Origin: Elusimicrobiota bacterium
Lineage (GTDB): Bacteria; Elusimicrobiota; Elusimicrobia; UBA1565
Assembly: GCA_043827405.1 (NCBI GenBank)
Contig: JBDRPD010000087.1
Span: forward strand, 53,023-117,022
DNA length: 64,000 bases
Direction: 5' to 3'
Of the stretch, positions 9,668-19,758 are shown piece by piece. A model generated the notes under the pieces. The model searched no databases. It was not told where the DNA came from and saw only the letters and a program-made list of their open reading frames with translations. Positions within the stretch are counted from its first letter, which is position 1. Every line of letters begins with the position of its first letter. The position numbers were made by a program, and so were the translations under genes.

Positions 9668-10966
9668 GTGATCCAAATAAGAACAAACGGCAAGCGCATT
9701 ATCGCGTGTCTGCTCGTCCGCGCCCTGCTGCTGAATGTCGCCTGGGCCGCCGTAAAAGCGCCGAAAGCGGCGCCCGTCGGCCAAACCGGCGCCGTCCCGG
9801 TCCATATCGCCGCGCTCGGCGGCCTGCTCTCATCCCAACACGGTTTTCAGCCGGCGCTCAATACGTCGCTCCCCTCTCTCGCCGGACCGCAGAGCCCGCA
9901 TACCCTGACGCCGGTCGGTATTAGAGCATCAGACCTCAAAGTGCTGACGGTATTGCCAAGCCATACCGTCAAGCCGGTCGAGACCGCGGCCAAAGCGCCG
10001 GCGCGAACGCTCACCCGCCTGCAGAAATGGTTCGGCAAGTCCGGTTCCAATAAAGAGAAAGTAAGGAATGTATGGGACGGTGGGGGATTCCAGAACACCG
10101 CCGGAGCCGTCTCCGGGAACTACCGCGCCCCGAACCCCGGCTGGCGGTCCAGCCACGACACGCGAACCGAGGCCGAGAAGTTCACCAGCGTCCCCGGCAG
10201 CGTCTTCGACTGGAAATCCGTGGAGGACTCACCCGGCCACGGCATCCCCCCCCTGGACTGGCTCATCCGCAGGATTTACGGCCGCAAAGACTCGCGCTTC
10301 ACCCAAGGATTCGAGATGTCAAATACCGCGCGGCGGGAAGACGCGCGGGTGTTCCTCTACGGCGAGAAGCACACCGACAAAGGGCTGATCGCCGAGAACT
10401 TCCGCCGGCTCGCACAGGACACCACGCCGGGCCGGCGCGCCGTCGTCATGGTCGAGGCCTACCTCGGTCCCAATCTCTTCGGCAGCGAGGCGCTGGGCTA
10501 CCTGGCCGCGCGCGGGATGGATGTGCGCGGGATATCCCCGGAAGACGTCGAGCTGCGCACCTGGGAGACTCCCGAGATCTACCGGGAGACCAGCCACAGC
10601 GTGCTCCAGCACCACATGAACCAGTACGATCTCAACCAGCTCATCGGCGGCGGCGGCCGCTGGTTCTCCTACTATCCGCGCCTGGCGGCCAAGATGACGC
10701 GCAACTTCCTAAGCTGGTTCACGATGCGCCGCCAAGCCATCACCCGGCGCAACGCCGAGCTCGACAAGAACCTGGGAGCGGCGCTAGGCGAGGCGGAGCG
10801 CACAGGCGGCAGCGTGCACCTGATCACCGGCGCCGAGCACCTCCTGGAACGCCCGCTCATGGCGAACATGCCCCTGCTCGGCGGCTATAAGCTCAGAAAG
10901 AGCCTGGGCGCCGTTCTCGGCGCAGTGCCCTACCAGATCAGCCGCCCTCCCGATTCGCCGGAGTAA
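9668..10966 (+). CDS. Exported protein: low-complexity leader plus ChaN/TraB/EreA-like domain
   Basis: Signal peptide and Pro/Ala/Thr-rich leader, then FLYGEKH, MVE, RN and ITGAEH motifs. Confidence 0.55.
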   Translation: MIQIRTNGKRIIACLLVRALLLNVAWAAVKAPKAAPVGQTGAVPVHIAALGGLLSSQHGFQPALNTSLPSLAGPQSPHTLTPVGIRASDLKVLTVLPSHTVKPVETAAKAPARTLTRLQKWFGKSGSNKEKVRNVWDGGGFQNTAGAVSGNYRAPNPGWRSSHDTRTEAEKFTSVPGSVFDWKSVEDSPGHGIPPLDWLIRRIYGRKDSRFTQGFEMSNTARREDARVFLYGEKHTDKGLIAENFRRLAQDTTPGRRAVVMVEAYLGPNLFGSEALGYLAARGMDVRGISPEDVELRTWETPEIYRETSHSVLQHHMNQYDLNQLIGGGGRWFSYYPRLAAKMTRNFLSWFTMRRQAITRRNAELDKNLGAALGEAERTGGSVHLITGAEHLLERPLMANMPLLGGYKLRKSLGAVLGAVPYQISRPPDSPE

Positions 10967-10996
10967 GCCGGCGGCGCTTTTTGCTAATCTCCATCC

Positions 10997-13114
10997 ATGA
11001 TCATCCGACCAATATTTGTTCTGCTGGCCGCTGTCGCGGCCGTCATCCTGCCGGCGCAAGCCGGCGCCGAGCAGCCCCGCCCGCCGCAAGCGAAGCGCGT
11101 ATTCCAGAAGCTGGAAAAGCACGGAGTGACGCGGGTCGATCCCTACTACTGGCTCAAAGAGCGCGACAACCCGGAGGTCCTCGCCTACCTCAAAGCGGAA
11201 AACGAATACGCCGAGGCCATGCTCAAGCCGGTGCGCCGGCTGCGCCGGAAGCTGTTCGCCGAGTTCAAATCGCGCATCAAGGAAAACGAAGCCTCCGCGC
11301 CCGTCCGCAGCGGCCCCTACGTCTACTACACGCGCTACCAGAAAGGGAAGGAGTACTCCCTGCACTGCCGGCGCCGGGGCGGCATGGACGGCGCCGAAGA
11401 GGTGCTGCTCGACGTCAACAAGCTCGCCAAGGGCCACAAGTTCTTCCAGCTCGGCGCCTTCGAGATATCCGACGACCACAACCTTGCGGCCTACTCATTC
11501 GATACCGAGGGCCGGCGCATCCACACCATCCGCGTGCGCGACCTGCGCACCGGAAAGGACCTTCCCGACCGGATCGAAAAGGTGACCAGCAACGCCGCCT
11601 GGGCCGCCGACAACAAAACGCTGTTCTACACCAAGCAGGACTCCAGCACTCTGCGCGCGGACGAGATCTACCGGCATACGCTCGGCGGCGCGCAGGATGA
11701 GCTGGTCTACCGCGAGCAGGACGAGACCTTCTCGGTAAGCGTTTTCCGCACGCTCTCGAAACGGCACCTGCTGATTCCGTCGCAAGCGACGCTGACCACG
11801 GAGTGGCGCTACCTGCCGGCGGCCGAGCCGGACAGCGAGCCGCGCCTGTTCGCCGCCCGCCGGCGCGGCCACGAGTACTCCGTCAGTCACGGCGGCGACC
11901 GCTGGTACGTCCTTTCCAACGACGGGGCGCGCAACTTCAAGCTCATGGAGGCGCCCGAAGACCAGACGGAGGAGAAGCACTGGCGGGAACTGGTCGCGCA
12001 CCGCCAGGACGTCTTTATCTCCGGCTTCGCGGCGTTCAAGGATTACCTCGTCCTGCAGGAGCAGGAAAACGCCCTCAACCAGCTGCGCGTCCTGCCGCGC
12101 GGCGGCGGCGCGCCCTTCCGGCTGGATTTCCCCGACCAAGTCTACAGCGCCATGCTCGGACATAACGAGGAGTACGACGCCGCGGCCTTCCGGCATACCT
12201 ACGAGTCTTTGACCACGCCGTTCTCGCAGTACGACTTCGATCCGGCGTCGCGCCGCAGCGTCCTGGTCAAGCGCAAGGCCGTCCTCGGCGGCTTCCGGGC
12301 GGAGAACTACGATTCCCGGCGCGTCTGGGCGACGGCCGCCGACGGGGCGAAGATCCCGGTCAACCTGGTCCACAAAAAAGGCATCCAGCCCGACGGAAAG
12401 AACCCGCTGCTGCTCTACGGCTACGGCTCCTACGGGGTCAACCTCGATCCCTGGTTCAGCGCGCAGCGGCTTTCCTGGCTGGACCGCGGCGGCGTCTACG
12501 CCATCGCGCAGACCCGCGGCGGCCAGGATCTGGGACGCAAGTGGTACGAGGACGGACGGCAGATGAATAAATGGAACACCTTCAACGACTTCATCGCCGC
12601 CGCCGAGCATCTCCAGGCGGCCGGCTGGGCGGACCCGGCGCGGACCTACGCGGAAGGCGGCAGCGCCGGCGGCCTGCTGATGGGCGCGGTGGCCAACAAG
12701 CGTCCCGACCTGTTTCACGGCCAGCTGGTCGAGGTCCCTTTCGTCGATGTCGTCACCACCATGCTCGACGACAGCATCCCGCTGACCACCTCCGAGTACG
12801 ATGAATGGGGCAACCCCAACGAGAAACCGGCCTTCGACTATATGCTGTCCTACTCGCCCTACGACAATATCGAAGCCAAGGACTACCCGCACCTGCTGGT
12901 GACGGCGGGGCTGACGGACTCGCAGGTCCAGTACTGGGAGCCGGCAAAATACGCGGCCCGGCTGCGCGCCCGAAAAACCGGCGATTCCCAGCTGCTGCTG
13001 TGGACCGAGATGAAAGCCGGGCACTCGGGCCAGGCCGGGCGCTATGAAAGCCTCAAGCTGCTGGCCATGGAGTATGCCTGGTTTATGGGGTTGGCCGGGC
13101 TGGACAAGCGGTGA
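10997..13114 (+). CDS. ptrB: Oligopeptidase B (S9A serine peptidase) with signal peptide
   Basis: DPYYWL, YGYGSYG, RGG, GGSAGG (catalytic Ser), PFVD, EWGNP, DSQVQYWEPAK and AGH motifs. Confidence 0.95.
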   Translation: MIIRPIFVLLAAVAAVILPAQAGAEQPRPPQAKRVFQKLEKHGVTRVDPYYWLKERDNPEVLAYLKAENEYAEAMLKPVRRLRRKLFAEFKSRIKENEASAPVRSGPYVYYTRYQKGKEYSLHCRRRGGMDGAEEVLLDVNKLAKGHKFFQLGAFEISDDHNLAAYSFDTEGRRIHTIRVRDLRTGKDLPDRIEKVTSNAAWAADNKTLFYTKQDSSTLRADEIYRHTLGGAQDELVYREQDETFSVSVFRTLSKRHLLIPSQATLTTEWRYLPAAEPDSEPRLFAARRRGHEYSVSHGGDRWYVLSNDGARNFKLMEAPEDQTEEKHWRELVAHRQDVFISGFAAFKDYLVLQEQENALNQLRVLPRGGGAPFRLDFPDQVYSAMLGHNEEYDAAAFRHTYESLTTPFSQYDFDPASRRSVLVKRKAVLGGFRAENYDSRRVWATAADGAKIPVNLVHKKGIQPDGKNPLLLYGYGSYGVNLDPWFSAQRLSWLDRGGVYAIAQTRGGQDLGRKWYEDGRQMNKWNTFNDFIAAAEHLQAAGWADPARTYAEGGSAGGLLMGAVANKRPDLFHGQLVEVPFVDVVTTMLDDSIPLTTSEYDEWGNPNEKPAFDYMLSYSPYDNIEAKDYPHLLVTAGLTDSQVQYWEPAKYAARLRARKTGDSQLLLWTEMKAGHSGQAGRYESLKLLAMEYAWFMGLAGLDKR

Positions 13115-13791
13115 ACGCCAAAAGTTCCGAGAGCGAACTAAAGTTCGCCCTCGCCGACGGCGAGGAGTGGCTGCGCCTGGTCGATAATATCCGGCCGGTC
13201 CGCGCGACGCGGGTGCAGACCAACATCTTTCTCGACTCCCCCGGCGGGGATATCGTCGACGCCCGCGGCGCCCTGCGCGTACGGCATGAGCGGGTGTACC
13301 TCCCCGGCGGGGTCAGCCGTCCGCAAGAACACATCCTGCTGACCCTCAAGCACAGCGGCCGCAGAAAGGACGCGCTCTTCGAGCGCTTCGAGCATGAGTG
13401 CGAGATCGCGACCCCGCTGCTGGAAGTGCGGGCCAACCCCTCCCAGCTCCTCGCGCTCGACCTCGCCCCGATCACGGCGCTCAAGTCGCTGGTGCCCGAT
13501 ATCCGCGAGCTCAAAGTCCTCGGCGGGTTCGAGAACCTGCGCTACGAAGCCGCGGGCGAACTCGAGCTTAAAGGCAAGAAGCTGTCGATCGTCTGGGAAG
13601 CGGACCGCACGACCTTCGGCGAAGGCCGCACCGACTACGAGGTCGAGATCGAGCTCACGGACGCCGCGCAGGCGAAGACGGTAACGGCGGCGGTGCGCGG
13701 CCGCCTGCGCGCGCTCGGCATCAAGGAACTCCCCACCCCGGAGAGCAAGTTCCGGCGCTTCCTCGGAGTTCTTAAAGAAACCTCCGCATGA
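13111..13791 (+). CDS. CYTH (triphosphate tunnel metalloenzyme) domain protein
   Basis: ESELK (ExExK), Q.N.FLD, ALRVR, LTLK, YEVEIE and SKF.RF motifs. Confidence 0.85.
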   Translation: MNAKSSESELKFALADGEEWLRLVDNIRPVRATRVQTNIFLDSPGGDIVDARGALRVRHERVYLPGGVSRPQEHILLTLKHSGRRKDALFERFEHECEIATPLLEVRANPSQLLALDLAPITALKSLVPDIRELKVLGGFENLRYEAAGELELKGKKLSIVWEADRTTFGEGRTDYEVEIELTDAAQAKTVTAAVRGRLRALGIKELPTPESKFRRFLGVLKETSA

Positions 13792-14351
13792 GCTGGCCCG
13801 TGCTGCTCGCCGTCGCGGTCGGCCTGGCGATGGACGCCATGTCGGTCGCCTTGGCCGTGGGCGCGACGCGGCGCGAGCTCTCCCGCGGGCAGCTGTTCCG
13901 CCTGTCCTGGCACTTCGGCCTGTTTCAGGCCTTCATGCCGGCGATCGGCTGGGGCGTCGGGCAGACGATCCTGCCGTGGATTGAACGCTGGGACCACTGG
14001 GTCGCCTGCGCCCTGCTGACGCTCGTCGGCCTCAAGGCGATCCGCGAATCGCTCACCGGCGAAAGCTATGAGGCCGCGGCGGAAGATCCCACCCGCGGCT
14101 GGACGCTGCTGGCGCTCTCGGTGGCGACCAGCATCGACGCCCTGGCGGTCGGACTGAGCTTCGCGGCGCTGGGGCTCAATATCGTCGCCCCCTGCCTGGT
14201 TATCGGCGTCGTGACCGGAGCGCTGACGCTCGCGGGCATGCTGGCCGGCGGACGCCTGGGAAAGCGTTTCGGCAGCGGTATGGGGGTGCTGGGCGGCGTG
14301 GTCCTAATCGCAATCGGAATCAAAATCGTGCTCGAGCATATGGCGGGCTAG
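13788..14351 (+). CDS. mntP: Manganese efflux pump MntP family
   Basis: LAMDAMSV, FGLFQA.MP, ATSIDALAVG motifs; multiple TM helices. Confidence 0.92.
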   Translation: MSWPVLLAVAVGLAMDAMSVALAVGATRRELSRGQLFRLSWHFGLFQAFMPAIGWGVGQTILPWIERWDHWVACALLTLVGLKAIRESLTGESYEAAAEDPTRGWTLLALSVATSIDALAVGLSFAALGLNIVAPCLVIGVVTGALTLAGMLAGGRLGKRFGSGMGVLGGVVLIAIGIKIVLEHMAG

Positions 14352-14415
14352 GCCGCCCGCTTGGCCGGCCGGCACAGCGAGCGCGTCTCCGGCTTCTCGT
14401 CGAGCTTCTTCGGCA

Positions 14416-15060
14416 TCAGATCCAGGACTCCTTCTTGCGGTACTTGCGACGGGCACGCACGCTGACCAGCCGCCGCTCGGGCAGGATGAGGGCGGTCAGT
14501 GCGCCGCCGTTGACGCAGCCGGTGTCGAGGCCGACGGCATTGTCGCGGAAGACCGGCCTCTTCTTGACCCAGTGGCCGAAAACCACGAGACGCTCACCGT
14601 CATAGAGCTCGTACCAGGGAATCCCCGCCTTGCCGAGGCGCCGCAGGTTGACGAGCTCGGAGACGGGCTGGTCCATGATCGGCACCTGCGGGTCGAAGCC
14701 GGCGTGCACGACGATGAGGTCTTTATAGAGCACGAAAGCCGGCCACGAGGCGATGTAGCGCATATAGACATCGAACTTGCGCCCCATCTGCCGGACCACC
14801 TCGAGGTCGTAGGACTTCTCGTCGGGCGTCATGCCCTTCTTCCAGTGCTTGAGAAAGCGGTACTCGTGGTTTCCCACGACCACCTGCAGATTCCGCGTCT
14901 TCATGGCCCAATCGAGAACCGCCCGCGAGTTCGGCCCCTTGCAGATCAGGTCGCCGACGCTGATCAAGCGGTCGTCCGGCCGCAGCCGCGCCTTGCGCAG
15001 CAGCGCCAGCAGCTCGTGATAGCAGCCGTGAATATCGCCGATGATGATGGTCCGGCTCAC
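14416..15060 (-). CDS. PPP-family metallophosphoesterase (ApaH/PrpE-like)
   Basis: GDIHG, GDL..KGP.S, GNHE, VHAG, FGH and LDTGCV.GG.LTA motifs; GTG start overlaps the ppk1 stop. Confidence 0.9.
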   Translation of the reverse strand: MSRTIIIGDIHGCYHELLALLRKARLRPDDRLISVGDLICKGPNSRAVLDWAMKTRNLQVVVGNHEYRFLKHWKKGMTPDEKSYDLEVVRQMGRKFDVYMRYIASWPAFVLYKDLIVVHAGFDPQVPIMDQPVSELVNLRRLGKAGIPWYELYDGERLVVFGHWVKKRPVFRDNAVGLDTGCVNGGALTALILPERRLVSVRARRKYRKKESWI

Positions 15061-17204
15061 GGCGCGACCGCCTTGAGCGGAATGCGGTTTTCCAGGACCG
15101 TGCCCCGGTACTGCTTTTTCGCCAGCTCCTCGAGCTGAAACTGCGAGCGCACCTGCTTGTCCTCGGCCGGCAGGGGAGGCTTGAAATACGTGCCGTCCGC
15201 TCGCAGGTGCCAGGCCTTGACGTTGTCGGCGAGCGCCTTGTTGAGGATGACGTCGCGGATGTAGCGCTTGAGCGCCTCGTCCTTGACCGGGAAGGCCAGC
15301 TCGAAGCGGTTGTAGAAGTTGCGCGGCATCCAGTCGGCGCTGGAGAGATAGAGCTTGCCCTTGCCGCCGGCGCGGAAGTAGTAGATGCGGCTGTGCTCGA
15401 GAAAGCGGTCGATGATGCTGACGACGCAGATATTCTCGCTTAAGCCCCGGATGCCGGGCCGCAGGCAGCAGATGCCGCGCACCAGGAGCTCCACCTTGAC
15501 CCCCGCCTGCGAGGCGTCGTAGAGCTTCCCGATGACGTCCTTGTCGACCAGCGAGTTCATCTTGGCGATGATGTGCCCGCGGCCGCCCTGGCGCTGGATT
15601 TCGATCTCGCCGTCGATAAAGGACGCCATCTTCTGGTGCAGGTTGATGGGCGCGACCAGGAGCTCGGCGAAGTCCGCGGGCTCCTGGTGGCGGATGAGCG
15701 CCGAGAAGAAAGCCGACACGTCGCGGCCCAGGGTCTCGTCGCTGGTGAGCAGCCCCGCGTCGGTGTACTGGCGCGACGTCGTCTCGTGGTAGTTGCCCGT
15801 TCCCAGGTGCAGGTAGGATATGTCCTTCCCGTCCTCGACGCGGATGATCTGGGTCGCCTTGCTGTGCACCTTGCGCCGGCCCATGGGCCGGACGACGCGG
15901 GCGCCGAAGCTGCGCAGCTCGGCGGCCCAGCGCAGGTTGTTCTGCTCGTCGAAGCGCGCCTTGATCTCGATGTAGACCGTGACCCGCTTGCCGTTCTGCG
16001 CCGCGGTCTTGAGCGCCTCCATGACCTGCGAGCGGATGCCGGTCCGGTAGAGCGTATGATAGATATGGGTAACCTGGGGGTCTTCCGCCGCCAGCTGGAT
16101 GAAGTTCAGGACGATGTCGAAGGAATCGTAGGGATGGTGCAGGAGCACGTCGTGCTTGCGCACGATATCGAACAGGCGCTCCTTGCGCTGCAGCGGCGCC
16201 GGCGTCTGCGGGACCACCGCCGGGTAGCGCAGCTTGGGCTTCTGCTGATAGATGTCGGCCAACGCGCGCAGGTCGAGCGGCAGGTTGAAGCGGTAGAGCG
16301 AGCCGGAGTCCAGCCTCAGCCCCGTGGCCAAAAACAGCGCCCCCTCCGAGTAGGAAGACGCGTCGACCTCGAGGCGCACCACCTTGGCGCGGGCCCGGCG
16401 GCCGACCGCCTCCCGGATCTGCTCCTCCAGGGTTTCGAGCTCGTCCGGACGGTACCGCAGGTCCGCCTCGCGGATCACCTTGAAGGGGAAAGCCTCGATC
16501 ACGTCCTTGCCCTTGAACAGCCGGTCCGCCCGCGCCGCCAGCCAGCGCTCGAGCAGGACGAAGTGGCTGCGGTTGCCCGGCATCTGCAGCAGCCGCGCCT
16601 CCCGGTCCCGGATGGTGATGATGGCGAACTCGCCGGGAAAGCCGACGTAGATATGCAGGCGCTCGCTGGCCAGATGCGGCAGGCCCTGGGTGCTGCGCCG
16701 CAGCACCAGCTCGAGCTCCGGCAGGTTCTCCAGAATGGTCTTGTCCAGCGGGGTTATGCGGCCGAACTCGGCGTCGAGGCGCATGCCGTGCTGGCGCAGC
16801 CCCTCGACGATCTCCTTGAAGACCACGGCCTGCCGCCCTTTCTGCCGCAGAACATGCTCGCGGACCTGGGCGTAGGTATGCGCGGCCGTCATGCCGTCGG
16901 GCGTGCGCGCCTCGGGCTCGCGGACGGCCTTGTTCTGGAGGCCCGCTACGCGGACCATGAAGAACTCGTCGAGGTTGGAGCTGACGATGGCGGCGAAGCG
17001 CAGCCGCTCGAGCGGCGGCACCGTCGGATCGGCCGCCTCGCTGAGCACCCGGTCGTTGAACTGCAGCCAGCTCAGTTCCCGGTTGAAGAGAGTCTCCTGA
17101 TACGGGATCTTCGCGGGATCGGCCGGCTGACCGGTCGGCGCTACCTGCAGGCGGCGCGTCAGCACGTCCCAGTCGATCTCCTCCGGATTGTCGCTCGCGA
17201 CCAT
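15057..17204 (-). CDS. ppk1: Polyphosphate kinase 1
   Basis: NRELSWL.FN.RVL, SNLDEFFMVRV, HHPYDSF, TLYRT, KARFDE, KVHSK, GTGNY, LEHSR and SADWM.RN motifs. Confidence 0.96.
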   Translation of the reverse strand: MVASDNPEEIDWDVLTRRLQVAPTGQPADPAKIPYQETLFNRELSWLQFNDRVLSEAADPTVPPLERLRFAAIVSSNLDEFFMVRVAGLQNKAVREPEARTPDGMTAAHTYAQVREHVLRQKGRQAVVFKEIVEGLRQHGMRLDAEFGRITPLDKTILENLPELELVLRRSTQGLPHLASERLHIYVGFPGEFAIITIRDREARLLQMPGNRSHFVLLERWLAARADRLFKGKDVIEAFPFKVIREADLRYRPDELETLEEQIREAVGRRARAKVVRLEVDASSYSEGALFLATGLRLDSGSLYRFNLPLDLRALADIYQQKPKLRYPAVVPQTPAPLQRKERLFDIVRKHDVLLHHPYDSFDIVLNFIQLAAEDPQVTHIYHTLYRTGIRSQVMEALKTAAQNGKRVTVYIEIKARFDEQNNLRWAAELRSFGARVVRPMGRRKVHSKATQIIRVEDGKDISYLHLGTGNYHETTSRQYTDAGLLTSDETLGRDVSAFFSALIRHQEPADFAELLVAPINLHQKMASFIDGEIEIQRQGGRGHIIAKMNSLVDKDVIGKLYDASQAGVKVELLVRGICCLRPGIRGLSENICVVSIIDRFLEHSRIYYFRAGGKGKLYLSSADWMPRNFYNRFELAFPVKDEALKRYIRDVILNKALADNVKAWHLRADGTYFKPPLPAEDKQVRSQFQLEELAKKQYRGTVLENRIPLKAVAP

Positions 17205-17291
17205 AGGCCTTTATTATATAATTCCTCGTCGATCCTCTGGTGACGACCGCTTGACCGACAGCGACAAAATTCTAATTTTTGCAGTAATAAT

Positions 17292-17807
17292 ATGAATATT
17301 CTTATTATCAGACATGCCCCGGCGGGCAACTCTGAGCAATGGCTGTCGCAGGGAAAGAAGGACTCCCTGCGGCCGCTGACCCCCGAGGGCCGGGAGAAGA
17401 TGCAGAAGACCGCCGCCGGCCTCAAGAGCCAGCTCGACGGGATCGATCTCATCGTCTCCAGCCCTTATGTCCGCTGCCGGCAGACTGTGGAAATCCTGGC
17501 GCTCGCCTTCCCCGAGGCCAAGAAAATCGAGTGGGCGGCCCTGCGCCCGGGCGGCGGCTTTAAAGATATCCCCGCCAAGCTCGCGGCCCTCAATGACGTC
17601 GCGAGCGTCGCCCTAGTCGGCCACGAGCCGACGCTGAGCCTCCTCGGCAGCCATCTGCTCTCCGGCCGGCAGGGAGCGTTCATCCGGCTGAGAAAAGGCG
17701 GCTGCGCGCTGCTGGAAGCCCCCGTGCCCGTCCGCCCGGGACGCGCCGTTCTGCAGTGGCTGCTCCAGTCCAAACAGCTCAGGAAGCTGGGTAAGAAAGC
17801 CGATTGA
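17292..17807 (+). CDS. sixA: Phosphohistidine phosphatase SixA
   Basis: RHA, RPLT..G, SSP..R..QT and VGHEP motifs. Confidence 0.9.
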   Translation: MNILIIRHAPAGNSEQWLSQGKKDSLRPLTPEGREKMQKTAAGLKSQLDGIDLIVSSPYVRCRQTVEILALAFPEAKKIEWAALRPGGGFKDIPAKLAALNDVASVALVGHEPTLSLLGSHLLSGRQGAFIRLRKGGCALLEAPVPVRPGRAVLQWLLQSKQLRKLGKKAD

Positions 17808-18847
17808 TGAAGCTTCCCGCCGACCTCCTGCGGCGGCCGGCCGCGCGCGGCGCCCGCCTGGTCTGCCTGCACCAGCTGGATATGGCCGTGCACAATGCGC
17901 CGCGCCTGCGCAACCCTGAGGACGCCGAGTCGCTGCACGATTTCCGGGTATCCCTGCGCCGGCTGCGCAGCCTCCTGAAGTGCTTCCGCCGGACCCTGCG
18001 GCCGCCCTTCCCCAGAAAGCACCTCCGCCGCATCAAGAAGATCGCCGCCGCCACCGGACAGGGCCGGGACGCCGAGGTGCAGGCGGCCTATCTCCGAAGC
18101 TGGGAAAAAAGCTTCTCTCCGGCGCACCGCAAAGGCGTCGCCTGGCTGCGCGCCCGGCTGGAGCGGCTCGCGGCCGAGAACTGCGCCGCCGCCGTCGAAG
18201 CGGCGCGGCTGGCCTTTCTGGAGTCCGCGCCGGTCCTGCGCGAAGCCTTGCCCCTGCCGGCGCGCGTCCGGCGCCCGCCGGGAGCGCCGCCCGAGCCGTG
18301 CTTCGGCGGGGAGGCGGGGAAGGCGGCGCTAAAGACCGCCGCTCTGCTCAACCGGCGGCTGACCGTCATCGGCTCGGAGCGGGATGTTGAACGCGCGCAT
18401 GAAGCGCGCATCCAGGGCAAGCGCCTGCGCTACCTGCTCGAGCCGCTGCGGGACTATTCGCCGGCCTGGAAGAGGCTCCTGACGCGGCTCAAGAGCCTGC
18501 AGGATATCCTCGGCGAGCTCCACGACATGCATGTCTTGGAGGACGAGAGCGTCCGCATCGTCGAGGAGCTGGCGCTCGGCGGCGTGCGCCGGAGGCTGCG
18601 GCGGGCGCTGGGCGAAACGCCGCCGCGCGCCGCCGGCGGCGAACGCCCGTTCGATCCGACGACGGGACTGCTGCGGCTGGCGCGGCGCGTACGCGAGCGC
18701 GAGAAGCTGCTTTTCCGCCGCCTCAAGCGCAGCTGGAACGATGCGCGCCGCGCCCGGTTTTTTGGCGAGCTGAGCGCCCTGGCCGAAGGCCTCCGCCTGA
18801 TGGAGCCGCTGCCTCTCCCCGCAGCGCCCCCCCGCGCACAGCGGTAA
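17804..18847 (+). CDS. CHAD-domain polyphosphate-binding protein
   Basis: LHDFRV.LRRLRS, RD.EV, HEARI..KRLRY..E and LQD.LGELHD motifs; Arg-rich. Confidence 0.9.
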   Translation: MMKLPADLLRRPAARGARLVCLHQLDMAVHNAPRLRNPEDAESLHDFRVSLRRLRSLLKCFRRTLRPPFPRKHLRRIKKIAAATGQGRDAEVQAAYLRSWEKSFSPAHRKGVAWLRARLERLAAENCAAAVEAARLAFLESAPVLREALPLPARVRRPPGAPPEPCFGGEAGKAALKTAALLNRRLTVIGSERDVERAHEARIQGKRLRYLLEPLRDYSPAWKRLLTRLKSLQDILGELHDMHVLEDESVRIVEELALGGVRRRLRRALGETPPRAAGGERPFDPTTGLLRLARRVREREKLLFRRLKRSWNDARRARFFGELSALAEGLRLMEPLPLPAAPPRAQR

Positions 18848-18877
18848 CCTCCACGCGATAACTATTAGAATCTTTCC

Positions 18878-19750
18878 ATGAACAGAACAGCTTTCCCGGT
18901 TTTTATCGCCGTGATCTTCGCCCTTGGCTGCAGCATGACCGCCGAGGAAATGAAGAAGGGCATCCATGCCGCCGGCGACGCCAAGCTGGTCGCCAAAATA
19001 CTCAAGCAGGACAAGGAGTACGCAACCGACATTTCCGACGACAAGAACAAGACTCCGCTGCACACGGCGACGACCCCGGAAGTCGCGCAGCTGCTCATCG
19101 ATCACGGCGCCGACGTCAACGCCATGGACGCCGAGCTCAATACCCCCCTGCATCTAGCCAAGACCGCGGCCATGGTCAACCTCCTGCTTGATAAGGGCGC
19201 CGACATCAACGCGTCCAACGTCAACCTCGCCAAACCGATTGAGACCGCCGCCAACCCCGAGGTCATCAAGGCCCTGGTCGGCCGCGGCGCCAAGCTCAAC
19301 GTCGACCCAAAGGCGGTTTTTCGGGCGGCCGGCGGAGGCCAGGCGGCGCTGCTCGACATCCTGCTGGCCAACGGCGGCGACGCCAATGCCCGGACCGGAA
19401 GCGGCAAATACGGCGACACCCTGCTCCACGTCGCGGCCAAGAACGACCGCCCCGAGGTCATAAAGATTCTGCTCAAGCACGGCGCCGACGTCGATGCCCG
19501 GGCGAGCTACGACGCCACGCCGCTGCATCACGCGGCGATGAACGGCAAGGTGGACGCGGCGCGCGCGCTGCTCGACGGCGGGGCGAACATCAACGCGGAA
19601 CTCAGCGGGAACGTGGCGGTGCAGAGGTTTGATCCCAACCGCATAAAGGGCTTCATGCGGCCGGATCAGGACGCCGGCGGCGGCACGCCGCTGAAGATCG
19701 CGGCCGATCCCGGCATGCGCGGCCTGCTCAAAGAGCGCGGCGGGCGCTAG
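18878..19750 (+). CDS. Ankyrin-repeat lipoprotein
   Basis: Lipobox (ALGC) and repeated TPLH...LL..GAD(V/I)NA units. Confidence 0.9.
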   Translation: MNRTAFPVFIAVIFALGCSMTAEEMKKGIHAAGDAKLVAKILKQDKEYATDISDDKNKTPLHTATTPEVAQLLIDHGADVNAMDAELNTPLHLAKTAAMVNLLLDKGADINASNVNLAKPIETAANPEVIKALVGRGAKLNVDPKAVFRAAGGGQAALLDILLANGGDANARTGSGKYGDTLLHVAAKNDRPEVIKILLKHGADVDARASYDATPLHHAAMNGKVDAARALLDGGANINAELSGNVAVQRFDPNRIKGFMRPDQDAGGGTPLKIAADPGMRGLLKERGGR

Positions 19751-19758
19751 CCGCCGAC

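Noticed and set aside
9479..9805. Long N-terminal extensions in the ORF track (also upstream of 28732, 29754, 45392, 51560, 62531, 63135, 63266)
   Set aside because: They overlap neighbouring genes or promoters; downstream starts fit family N-termini, SD or -10 signals, and stop-start coupling.
10965..10982. Possible intrinsic terminator AAGC-N7-GCTT followed by a T run
   Set aside because: Stem is only 4 bp, and the T run adjoins the putative ptrB promoter.
14348..14416. 22-codon minus-strand ORF coupled (TGATG) to the phosphoesterase stop, MPKKLDEKPETRSLCRPAKRAA
   Set aside because: Could be a gene stub but is too short to support.
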